Shown piece by piece: positions 1 to 11,148 of a stretch of 28,844 nucleotides of DNA (positions are counted from its first letter, which is position 1; every line of letters begins with the position of its first letter). The stretch comes from Fonticula alba ATCC 38817 (lineage: Eukaryota > Protista > Nucleariida): the NCBI GenBank assembly GCA_000388065.2, contig KB932201.1; one strand, given 5' to 3'. The translations under genes and the position numbers were made by a program. The notes beneath the pieces are model-generated. The model did not search any database, was not told the origin of the DNA, and worked only from the letters and a program-made list of their open reading frames with translations.

Positions 1-1737
1 CCCCCCCCCCCCGGGTGCATGCCATCGCTGGGTCGGTCTTCCCTCGGGCAGAAGCGAGGGACACGACCAGGCAACGGGCGCTTACACAAATATGTTTGTA
101 CACTGTGGCGCACACCGCGCACAGCGTGAAACAATACCTCGCTGTGCTCCCGCCCCCTTCCCCCGGCCGCGCGAGCAACTCCGCGCGACGGCTGTCTGCA
201 TTCCACACCTCCACATTGCATGCGCGAGACGTGGGGGAGAGAATGCCCTGGGTGCCCTTGGGCAAGGGGGCGGCGAGGCAAGGCCCCAGCCACGGGCCGG
301 GGGGCAACATCCGGGAGCATTCTATCTGCCCGGCTCACCAGCCGACGTCAGGCCGCGGCGCGAGAACTGCCGCCCCCCCCCCTGCCGAGAGGGGCGGTCG
401 ACGATGGCTGCCGCCTCCACCAATACCTGGAGGGCCCTGACCGCGTCCCGCCTGTCCAGCCTCCCAGTGTGGGGGGAAAAGAGACATCAACAGCTCCACA
501 GCATGCTGACCACCTCTCAATGCCGGTTCCCCGGCTCCGGCTCGCGAGATACACCGGCGCCCCCGGGGTCCGCAGAGGGGGGGGGGGGGGGGGGGGGGGG
601 GGAAGCCACGAAGGGATGACGACCGAGAGGAAGGACGGGCGAAACACAATCGATGGGTGCTCATTTGCGGGCGGCCCCCACCCAAATGGGAAGCCGGCAC
701 CCCCACGGCCCTCCGTGTGACATAAGTATCTTTCCGGGGGGAATGCGTGATCATATTTGGCGCATTGAAAAGCACCTCGTATGACTTGTTAATGTTATTT
801 TAAATATTCATATTTTAATCGGCCTGCCCGGCGAACGGGCGCCCCTTTCGAGTGCGTTGCCATAGCCCCGAGAGGCCGGGGGCAGAGAGCCAAAAGCACC
901 CCCCCCCCCCCCCAGCGCCATGGCCGCTCTGGAGCAATGCCCTTACCCGCGAGCGGCAGTGCCAAGGGGGAGGAAAACCCATGTCCGACCAATGCACATA
1001 TGGGGTACCCCCTCCTGCCGCCCTCTCCTGAGACACACACGCGCACACGCACGCGCACACGCACGCGCACGCACGCACGCACACACGCACATACCCCCAC
1101 CATCACCGCCCTCCCGGCTGCAAGCCACCCGAAGGCGCATCCCCACATTCCGGCCACAGCGTGAGACGGAGACGCAAGCAGAGACAGAGGAAAGTCTAAA
1201 AGAGTATATTTGCATGAAGGGATTACTGGAAGAGGGGGGAGGAAGAGGAGGGAGAAGGGGGGGGGGGGATAGGAGAGTGGCAGGGGATCGCCCCTCGCCG
1301 ATGGAGCCTGCCGTGGCTTTGGGATGACAGCGACAGACACCGCCATGCGGCGAAAGAGAGACCATGAGCCGACATCAAGGAGGGAAGGGAGAGAAAGAGA
1401 GAGACGAGAAAGAGTCGGCGAAGAAGAGGAGGGGAGGCCACCAACCGGCACCATACGCTTGGGCTCGGCCGTGCACGCGGCGCCGCCGGGAGGGGGGGAC
1501 AGAGAGAGGCAGGCGGACAAAGGGCACGATGGCGGCGGCGACGGCAACGCCAGTGATGATGATGCTGCCGCCGGCCGCCTGCGCCTCCCGAGGGCGCGTG
1601 TCGTCGACAGCGACGCCAGGCGACCACCAATCCGCCCGCCGGTGCGTGTGCTGCTTCTCACACATGCATGGTGATGGAAAGAAGGGACATGCCAGCGCCA
1701 GATGCTGCTGCCGGCGTCGCCGCCTCGGCGCGCCCGC

Positions 1738-4700
1738 TTACTCATCGTCCTGGATCTTGGCCGGGTTGACGAAGACCGGGTCGTCGACATCGGTGGACGC
1801 ATGGTAAGTGATGGAGGACTTGTCGAGCGGCTGGCGAGTGGCAATGCTCCGAGCCAGCTGCCGGTGAGTGACATAGTCGAGGTCGGCATTCTCGAAGGCC
1901 TCATCCACGCGGTCCAGCATGGTCTCCTGGTTATAGTGGAAGTTGAAGCCATTGCTGAAGTCCAGCTTCCCACGGCGACCAGAGGGGCCGGGGTTCCGGG
2001 CCGGCCGGGGAACACGATCGGCCGAGAAGATCCGGTGGTAGTAGAGCAGCTCGTCCCGATCGACCAGGCTCTTGGAGAAGTCGTTCTCCAGCAGGTACTT
2101 GTACGGCCGGAGGTTGCGGCTGCCAAGATCCTTGAGCTCGGCCGGGGCATCCTTCGACAGCTTGGAGAAGCTGATCGGGTGCACGGGGAAGCGCGGCTCC
2201 AGCCCAGGCGCCTTGGGCGGGAAGTAGGTGAGCCCATACTCGCGCCACTTGGCAGTCTCGCGACCAAGCTCGGTGGTGGTAGCCGCCGCGGCCCGGCCGG
2301 AGGCGTACACCTCGGAGAAGTCGTCCTGGTACTCGTCCTCGTCGAAGGAGGCCATCGGGCCGTCGGTACCGACGCCGGCCTGGCTGACCTTGCGCGCGGT
2401 GGCCACGTAACCCTTGATCAGCTCCTCGAGGAACTCCTGCTTGTGGGCATCCGACCAGTAGGGGTTATCCTTGAGAGTGCGGTAGACCACGCGCAGGTAC
2501 CACTTCTGAACCTTGGTGAGCTTGACATCCTCTGCGTGTGCGTAGGGGGGAGGGAGTGAAGGGCTGTTAGTTACCTTTTCGTACAGGAGGNNNNNNNNNN
2601 NNNNNNNNNNNNNNNNNNNNNNNNNNNNNNNNNNNNNNNNNNNNNNNNNNNNNNNNNNNNNNNNNNNNNNNNNNNNNNNNNNNNNNNNNNNNNNNNNNNN
2701 NNNNNNNNNNNNNNNNNNNNNNNNNNNNNNNNNNNNNNNNNNNNNNNNNNNNNNNNNNNNNNNNNNNNNNNNNNNNNNNNNNNNNNNNNNNNNNNNNNNN
2801 NNNNNNNNNNNNNNNNNNNNNNNNNNNNNNNNNNNNNNNNNNNNNNNNNNNNNNNNNNNNNNNNNNNNNNNNNNNNNNNNNNNNNNNNNNNNNNNNNNNN
2901 NNNNNNNNNNNNNNNNNNNNNNNNNNNNNNNNNNNNNNNNNNNNNNNNNNNNNNNNNNNNGAGGGAGAGGGAGAGGGAAAGAGAGAAAAAAGAGAGGAAG
3001 AGGAAGAGGAAGAGGAAGAGGAAGAGGAAAAGGAAGAGAGAGTAGCCAATGACGGGGCATGCGTACTGGGGAGATGATCCGCAAGAGCGCGGCGCACTGA
3101 CAGGGGCTTCATCATCAGCTTCGGGTCATGGTGGTGCTGGTCGTTGAAGGGGTCGTTGATCGGACGCTTGAAGTCCGTCTTCAGGAAGGCAGCCCAGTTG
3201 ATCTGAGTGAAGGAGGGAAGATCATACGCATGGTACTGGATGGCCGGGATGAAGTCCGAGTCCGGGTGCAGATGCTCCGGGTGGAAGTTGTTGAACATAT
3301 CGGTGTAGAAGCTGTCATCCAGGAAGTTGATCACCTGGTACTTCTTGTACTGGTTGTACTCGGTCTCCTTGGTCTTGATGAACTCCTGCTTGGTGCGGGC
3401 CTCCCGCTGGGCCGGGGTCTCGGTGAGCTTGCGCATCTCGGCATCCTGCAGACGACGACCGAGCACCGTAAAGGCAAAGGCATGGCCCAGGAGCATGTGG
3501 TCAGCCTCCTGCAGGGACTTGGCCCCGAGGATCTGGGAAATGCGACCGAAGTTGTCGAAGCGCTGGGAGGCGGTGGCCCGCAGGTTGGCCGGCAACTGCT
3601 GGATGTACGCCGCCAGGTCGGACACGCCGTCCAACTGGCGGGCAATCTGCCGCTGGGTGGTCAGGAACTTGACCATGCGCTCGGCCTCCACCCGGGAAAT
3701 GGTCCCCTCGCGGAGCTCGCCCAGGTGGATGAGGTTCAGCAGCTCCACCGGCTTGCGGTGGCGCCGGGCCAGGAAGAATCCCCGGCCATCACGCCGAGGG
3801 ACCTTGCGAACCAGATCCCAATCGGCCTCCTCATCGAGGCCCTGCTCGCGCAGGTACCGGCGCACGCGCTGGCCATAAGCCGACAAGCGAGTCTGCGCCC
3901 GGTACCCGGACAGGTTGTACTCGGAGGACACGGCCCGGTCGGCCTCGGACAACCGGCGGAACTCGGCCACCGAGGTCCGCAGGTCGGACGCGGTGTACTC
4001 ATCGGTGCGGTACAGCTGCGCGGTCATGTCCGACGCAAACTGCATGTCGTGCGACGGGGCAAAGGCGAAATCCTCGGCCCCGGCCACGCCAAACCCGATG
4101 GTGGTGTCCCAGCTCGGCACAAAGCGGAAGGGATGGCGCACGGCCGAACGCTGGCCGGCCTCCATCATCTGGCGGTGCTGCTCGGGGGCCTGCTCGGAGA
4201 TTTCCAGACCGCCGCGCAGGTGGCGCAGCTTGGCCTGCTCCTCGGTGGTCAGATAGGTGTCGGAGGGCTGGAAGCCGAGGTCCTTCTGCACGGCCGAGGC
4301 CTCGCGCAGGATCGCCTCCAGGCGCTTCGGGTCGGAGATGATGTCCTTGAAGAACTGGGTCTTGGTGATTTGCTGGATGAACTCCGGCTGCTGGGCGGGC
4401 ATCTTCTCGTAGAAGAGACCGGCCTCCGGGTGCATGTAGCGCTTCAGCATGATATCCATGGCAGCGCTTGGGAGGTGCAACAGCGAAGCGAGGAGGGACG
4501 GGAGGGGAGAAGGAAATACATGCGTTAGGGGAGGGAGAGGGGAGAGGAGAGGGAGAGGGAGAGGGAGAGGGAGAGGGAGGGAGGGAGAGGGAGAGGGGGG
4601 GAGAGAAAGGCAAATCCAGGATGGAATTGCCACCAAAGCCGAAGTGCATCCCACGAGGTGAGAGAGGGAGGAAAAACATACCTGACTTCGGCACGGGTCA

Positions 4701-6639
4701 TCGGACGCTCGGCGGCCTGCTGCTTGATCTCGCGCGACAGGGAGAACATCTCCTCCACAGTGGGCGGCTGAGGGATGGAGCTACCCGGGGCAGAGGCAGA
4801 CACGGCGCTGGTGCGGCCGTGCAAGATGGAACTGGTCGGCGAGGCGGTGGTGCTCAGGTGGCGATTGGACTCCAGGACGAATGCGCGGATGAAGTTGTTG
4901 AACTCGAAAGAGGTGCTGACCCCGGGGATCGAGGACATCCGGGTTTCCGGGCTCACGGCGTGCAGCTGGTCAAGGTTGTCCGGCTTGGACAGCAGCCCAT
5001 ACCGCTGGCTGGCCACCAGCAGGTACAAGACCGAGGTGTGGATGGCATCCAGCGGCAGGCCGGAGGCCATGAGCTCCATCACCGTCTTGGCGAGGTCCTC
5101 GGCCTGTTGCCGGCAACGGAGGTACTGGCCGACCGTCGGCTCCGGATCCAGCGAGATGGGAGTCAGGACATGGGGGTTGTGCTGGACGAAGGGAATGCCG
5201 GTGGGGCTGTTGCCGACGTCGACACCGCCATCGACACCGGCCACGGCGCCGGCCATGAAATCCTGCGAGGCCAGCAGATCCAGGAAGTCGTAAATGCGCA
5301 GCGGATCCGCCGGGGCATCGGGCGAAGGGCGCAGAAGATCCGCCCGCTGGGCCGGGTCCTGCAGGATGTTCTCCAGGGCCGTGGTAATCTCCTCGAGGGT
5401 CATGTCGGAGATGAAGCCCCCGGTGGCCGCGTGGAAGGCCTTCGCCTGACGGGGGGAGAACATGTGCACCCCCTGGTCGGCCAGCTTTTGGAAGAGGTCG
5501 CGCGCCACATGCTCCACCACCATGTTGTTGGCATTGGCCAGGACCTGGCGCACTTCGGCCGGGGAGGCGAGCTCCTCGCCGTCGGCATTGGTGGCTGGCT
5601 CGCCGGTGCCGGACTCACTGGCATGGGCGTCGAGCGACTCCGAGTCGGGAGCCTCACTCGGCGAGCCACTGGAGGACTCATCGGCGAACAGGCTCTCCAG
5701 GGCGGCCTTATTCCCGAAGCGCTCCATCAGCATGTGGAAGGGAAGGACCATGTCACCGGGGAGGGCCGGGTCGACGGTTGGGTCGCGCTGGTACCGGCTG
5801 GAGAGGGCGACATTGGGCATCGGATCCGACAGGGACAGGTACATGCAGTTGAAGATGGTCTGGCGAACGGCCGTCCGCTGGGCCTGATAGGCCACGGTAT
5901 ACACCTCGCGGTACTTGGCCATGTCCAGGGTGTGAACGTGGCTGTTGTGCAGCCGGATCAGGACCTCGGGCTCCGACATGACAGACCCGTCACCATGCTG
6001 ACGGTGCTCGGCCGATGTCTGGGACGCGATGCGGAAGAGCTCGAGCTCGCGCTCGCCATCGCGCACAGCACGGGCCATATGCTCGGCACTGGTGTAGGGG
6101 GAGGGAAGACGCAGGTGGTCCAGGATGGCCTCCATCAGGACGCGATTGAAGGAGAGGGGCGAGGAGGAGTCCAGCCCGGTCGAGGCGCTGAGCTCGGCCG
6201 CCACCTTCTCCGGGGCGACGGACCACGCCTTGAGGAAGAGGTTGACCGGCTGCTGCTCCTCCGGGAGGATGCGCGCGAGAACCTCGCTCGGCACACTTGG
6301 CGGGACATTGAGCAGGTTCAGCTCCTCGGCGGCCGAGGGCGGGGGCCGGGGGAAGGGCTCATCGTTGGTGAGGGAGCTGGTGGCCAGGGCGCGAGAGACG
6401 ACGGAAGCCGCCTGCTTTTGCGCAAGGACATCGGGGGCAAGAAGAGCCGGGCCCGGGAACAGGCGGCGGTCATTGGCGGAGGGGGCTATGGGGTAAGTAC
6501 CAAGCAGTGCCCGGACACGGGGGCGGGGGCGGGGGCGGGGGGGACAGACGGCAAGGGGAGGAGCAGGCAGGCGGAGAACAGAGCGGACCTGGTGGCGGTG
6601 CCGGAAGAGGAGAGTGCCGGCGCGGAGCATGTTGAGCAA
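1738..6639 (-). CDS. Large mitochondrially targeted protein with an mS31/MRPS31-like segment near the C-terminus (putative giant mitoribosomal small-subunit protein)
   Basis: Spliced model: exons 6639-4682, 4466-3067, 2531-1738 (4,152 nt, 1,383 aa, TAA stop). Intron 4681-4467 has a GTATGT donor, CTAAC branch and CAAG acceptor (phase 2). Intron 3066-2532 has a GTACGC donor and GCAG acceptor (phase 1) but spans a 370-N gap. A probable extra in-frame intron at 6588-6412 (GTCCGC...AAGCAG) would give 1,324 aa and a clean presequence, MLNMLRAGTLLFRHRHQAASVVSRALATSS. Coding-like GC3 bias throughout. The product call rests on ...PIN...YLRVVYRTLKDNPYWSDAHKQEFLEEL resembling the MRPS31 C-terminus and is tentative. 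Confidence 0.75.
2591..2960. other. Assembly gap (370 N) inside an intron of the large mitochondrial gene
   Basis: Run of N bordered on its right by GA-rich low-complexity sequence. Confidence 0.99.
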
Positions 6640-7167
6640 AGCTGATGGAGGTCAAGCCGAGGGCAGCATGTAAGCAAGTGAGCGTCGAAACGGTGGAAGA
6701 AGGAGAGAAAAAAAGAGAGAAGGCAGCGAGGCACAGCAGACCGGAGGTGGGTCCCGGGCGCACTCTAGAGGCTAAGCGGCGGCCAGATCCCACACGACGC
6801 AATCGGTCGGAAAGGGACGAGGGGAGGAGGGGCGGCTCCGGAGGAAAGCCCGAGGGACTGCTGTGCGGGACCTCGCGCGGGAGAAGGGGCCGGGCGAGCC
6901 AGACAGGCAAAGGAGAGGGGTGCAGCGAGCGAGGGCGGAAGGGGGCGGCAGCACGACCCGGCAAGAAAGGGGCGAGCGAGGGGGGAGGCGAGGGGCTGCA
7001 GAAGCGGGGCGGCGCGGGGTGTGGCTGTGTGTGTGTGTGTGAGGGGAGGGGGGGGGGAACCGGCTCTCTGCAGGCGTGGTATGGAGACGAGGCGTCCGCC
7101 GGGCGCCCTCGCCGGCGGGCCAGGGGCAAAAAAAGCGGCCCGCCGGCCGCCGTGCAAGGGTGTGCCC

Positions 7168-7170
<3 letters not shown>

Positions 7171-7220
<50 letters not shown>
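7171..7220. repeat. (GA)25 microsatellite in the divergent intergenic region
   Basis: Perfect dinucleotide run read directly. Confidence 0.97.
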
Positions 7221-7223
<3 letters not shown>

Positions 7224-7723
7224 CTCCCTAGGTGGGGTGGATGTTGTCCGCGGACTCGAAGGGGGGCGGACACATTCTCCTCCTCCTCCTCCTCGGGGAG
7301 CGGGGGGTGGGGGCGACCGAGGGCCCCGGTGGTCCCCACCGTCCTGGTCGTGTCCGCACCGCCCCTGCTGTCCGCCCCCCCCCCTGGTCTCCCTCGTCGC
7401 CCGGGTTGCGGCCCTGTGTGGCGGATGCCCTGCGCAGGCACATGGGCTTCAGATTTCCAGCCCGACAGCCGGGTCCCGAACCTGGACACACAAGACAACC
7501 GGGCCGCGGAACGCGGTGCGCGCCCGCCCATGGACCCTCCCCGGGCGGGCGGGCGTGCCGTGCGGCCGAGACAGGCCCGAGGCTCCTCCCTAGCATGCCC
7601 CTCTGACGAGAGGCAAGGCGCCGGCCGTTGGCGGCACCCTGCTTTAGGTTTCGCGACAACATGACCAGCACCCGGGACAGAGCCAGGCCTCGCGTTCTCT
7701 CTCCCCCCCCCCCCCCCCCCCCC

Positions 7724-7773
7724 NNNNNNNNNNNNNNNNNNNNNNNNNNNNNNNNNNNNNNNNNNNNNNNNNN
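7724..7773. other. Assembly gap (50 N) within a poly-C tract
   Basis: N run flanked by C homopolymers. Confidence 0.99.
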
Positions 7774-8336
7774 CCCCCCCCCCCCCCGGCGTGTCGGGCC
7801 GGCGAGAAAAGCATGACCAAGGGATCCGGGCCTTCGCGCGGCGCGCATCAACCGCGGCCTGGGGACCACGAAACCGGCCCAGCCGCGGGGCGCATGGTGG
7901 CACTTTGCCGCACGGCCCCGCCCAGCGCCCCCACGCACACACGCACACACGCTTCCGAGCGGACTTTTCATCCACCCCGGCTGGGAGGCAGGAAATGCAT
8001 TTGTACTTCAGAATGGAAGGGCATTCCCGCGCATCACCCGAGAACTGGAACCCGGGAGCTCTGACCCATTCCGGCGCCCGAGCCACGGCGGGTTCGGGAA
8101 CGGAAAAAAGCCGCTGAAGGGGGGCATTTTTGAGAATAAATAATCCCTGAGACATTGCCTTCGGTGGCGAATCTGCCAACGCAAACTTCGCCAGGCGCGC
8201 AAGGCCCCAAGGGTCCCCCGGGGAAAAGGGGGGGACCGCCCCACGAAAATAACAATAACAATGCCACGCTTCTTTCCTCTTGCCCTCCTCCCCCCCCCCC
8301 CCCCCTCCCTGCCCCTTCCCCCGCCCCGACAGCAGC

Positions 8337-9000
8337 ATGACCGGCAGCTCTCCCCCGAAAAGCGACGCCTCTTGGCTGGGCCTGCTGTACCAGAGTGCGG
8401 CGGCCGAGCCGGTGCATGCCTTCGCCGAGCGCGCAGCCCGGGCCACGCTCCAGTGCGCGTCGGTATGCTCGGGCCTCTCGCTGCCGGCCTCCTTCTCGCC
8501 GGAGGACTTCCACCTGCCGTCGCCGATTCTGATCGAGGATGCCGAGGACCTGAACTCCGGCGGTGCCAGCGTCCTCGCACTGAAGAGCGGCCTCTCGCGC
8601 ACGCTCCTGTCGCTGGAGCTCCTCCTGTCACACGGCCTGCGTCCGGGGCTGGCCGTGGCCGCCGATCCGAATGGCCGGGTGCCATCGTTCTTCTCGTCGC
8701 TGCGCATGGCCGCGGCCGGGGCCGCTGCCCCCGCGGCCGGGGCCACCGGCCCTGCCTCTGGCTTGCTTACCTTCTGGGACGCCTTGGCGACCCTCGGCTC
8801 GGCGGCCGGGCCCCTGGACGGCATGCCGGAGCAGCTGCCGGGATCCATCGAGTCTGTGGCGCACATGGACCATGTTGGATCGTCGCTCGGCCGCCTGCGT
8901 GCCTGGCTGCGGAAGCTCCTGATGGAGAAGTCCCTCGGCCAGTTCCTGCGTTTTCTCCTGACGCATGAGGGTTTCCTCCGGTATGTCAGCCTCAGCATGG

Positions 9001-9049
<49 letters not shown>

Positions 9050-11108
9050 TGTTGCCCTGTCTCCCCGGCCCTCTTTCTCCATCTGCCCTCCTGCCCCTTT
9101 CTTACTCTCGACTGGACTCCTGTATAACCCCCCCCCCCCCCCGCATGCGCATAGTGCCTCGTACGAGCCTTGGGCTGCTGTCTTTTCCGAGGAGATGACC
9201 AACATCCTTGGATTGCTGGACTGCTTCGCTTCCTTCGATCTTCTCTTCGACCTGCGAACTGCTCATGCTGGGTCCCCGGCCCCGGATGCCGACTTCTTCT
9301 TTGCCCTGGACGAGCTTACCAAGCTGTGCGTGACCCTGCCAAGGGGGGGGGGCTCGATCATCGGGGGTGACTTGACCACGCATCTAACCTGACCTTCGAC
9401 CGGCCATCCTCCCCTCCGCCCATGTTCCCCTCGGTAGCTCCACCGGCACCAAGCGCCCGGCTGCCCAGACCCCCGGCCCGGTCGTCGGCTCTGACAGCAC
9501 CACCAGCCTGGCTGGCCTCCGGGGGTCGGTGGATTCTTTCCATGGCCTGGCCAATCGCACCAACTCCTACAGCCCGTCGCCGGAGCTGGACCACCTTGAC
9601 TTCGATGACACCCTCGCTGGGGACATGCACCATCACCAGCTGCATCATCATCATCATCACCACCACCATGGGGACTTCTTGGAGGAGGACAGATTGGCCG
9701 AGTCCCAGCTGGAGCGCCTGTCTCTGGGCGGAGGCGCCAATGACAGCAGCGGCGCCAATAGCGATGGTGAGGGCGCCGCAGCGGCCGACTTGGCTGAGAA
9801 GCACAACCACCTGACCGAGGAGCTGGTGATGGTGCGCACGCAGCTGGAATCCGAGCAAAGCCTGCGCACATCACTCGAGCAGGAGGTCACGCGTTTGTCG
9901 GAGGAGCTGGCTCTATTGGCGAGCTCCGCGGCGACAGCGGTGGCCGATGCCCAGGAGCAGCTGGCCGAGGCGAAGGCCAACGAGCGTACCGCCTCTCTGG
10001 AGCTGGAGCTGCAATCTGCCACTGAGCAGGTCACCTCCCTGACCGCCGATGTGAAGCTTGCCACCGAGCGCACGGCCGCCCTGGAGGTCGATCTGCAAAC
10101 TGCCACAGATCGCACAGCCACCCTGGAGACGGCTCTCGGTACTGCATCCGAGCGGGTGGTCACCCTGGAGGCAGATCTGAAGACTGCCGCGGAGCGCATC
10201 AGCACCCTGGAGGCCAGTGTGGAGGCTGCTTCCGACACCTCGGGGTCAGTGTCGCTGGAGGCCGATCTTCTGGCTGCCACCGAGCGCTCGACCACCCTGG
10301 AGGCGGAGCTGAGCTCCGCCGCCGAGCGTGCGACCGCCCTGGAGGCGGAGTTGAGCTCTGCCGCCGAGCGTGCGACCGCCCTNNNNNNNNNNGCCGCCGA
10401 GCGTGCGACCGCCCTGGAGGCGGAGTTGAGCTCTGCCGCCGAGCGTGCGACCGCCCTCGAGGCTGATCTCGAGAAGGCTGCCCAGGGCACTGCCGCTCTC
10501 GAAGCTCAAGTGACCTCGGCCACCGAGCGAATCACCGCCTTGGAGGCTGATTTGTCTTCCGCCACCGAGCAAGCGTCAGTCCTGAAGGCCGACTTGGACG
10601 TGGCCACTGGGCGTGTGTCAACACTGGAGACTGACCTTCAGGCGGCCACTGAGCGCATTGCCATGTTGGAGGCGGATGTTCGCGACGCGCAGAATGCCCC
10701 GGTTGTCGATGACACCGCTGGCACGGCCGCCCTGGAGGCCGATCTCCAGGCTGCTTCCGAGCGCACGGCCGCCCTGGAGGCCGATCTCCAGGCTGCCCAT
10801 GAGCGCGTCGCTGCCCTGGAGGCCGAGCAGGCCGGGCAGGCCGAGCAGCTGGCCAGCAGCCAGGCGCAGCTGGCCAGTGCCCAGGCCGAGACCCAGGCTG
10901 TGCGTCAGTCGCTGGCCGATACGGCTGCCGAGGCGTCCGGCCGCATTGCCCACCTGGAGGGCCAAGTGTCCATGACCACCGAGCGTTTCGAGCGCCTGGC
11001 CAAGGCCTTCAGCGCGGAGAAGGCCCGCCTTGCGCAGCTGACCGCCGAGAATGAGGAGCTGGTCCGCCGTGTCGCCGACCAGGCCTCCGCCGAGGTATGA
11101 CCAACCCC

Positions 11109-11148
<40 letters not shown>

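Noticed and set aside
15-1737. Overlapping ORFs of 60-490 aa on both strands
   Set aside because: They translate homopolymers and microsatellites (poly-G, RVRV, HTHT) or extend as shadows of the last exon of gene 1; no recognisable motif.
2532-2574. Possible 43-nt mini-intron GTAACTAAC...GCAG after the gap
   Set aside because: The branch point would be only 3 nt from the donor, too close for lariat formation; read as the 3' end of the longer intron.
1702-6645. Long + strand ORFs (285, 466, 725 aa)
   Set aside because: Antisense shadows of the minus-strand gene caused by high GC3; the protein-like frame is on the minus strand.
6470-9205. 911-aa minus-strand ORF
   Set aside because: Runs through (GA)n, (GT)n, poly-C and an N gap and is antisense to the RUN gene; low-complexity artifact.
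9657-10490. Antisense ORF with SRAVARSAAELNSA repeats
   Set aside because: Mirror of the sense 42-bp coding repeat.
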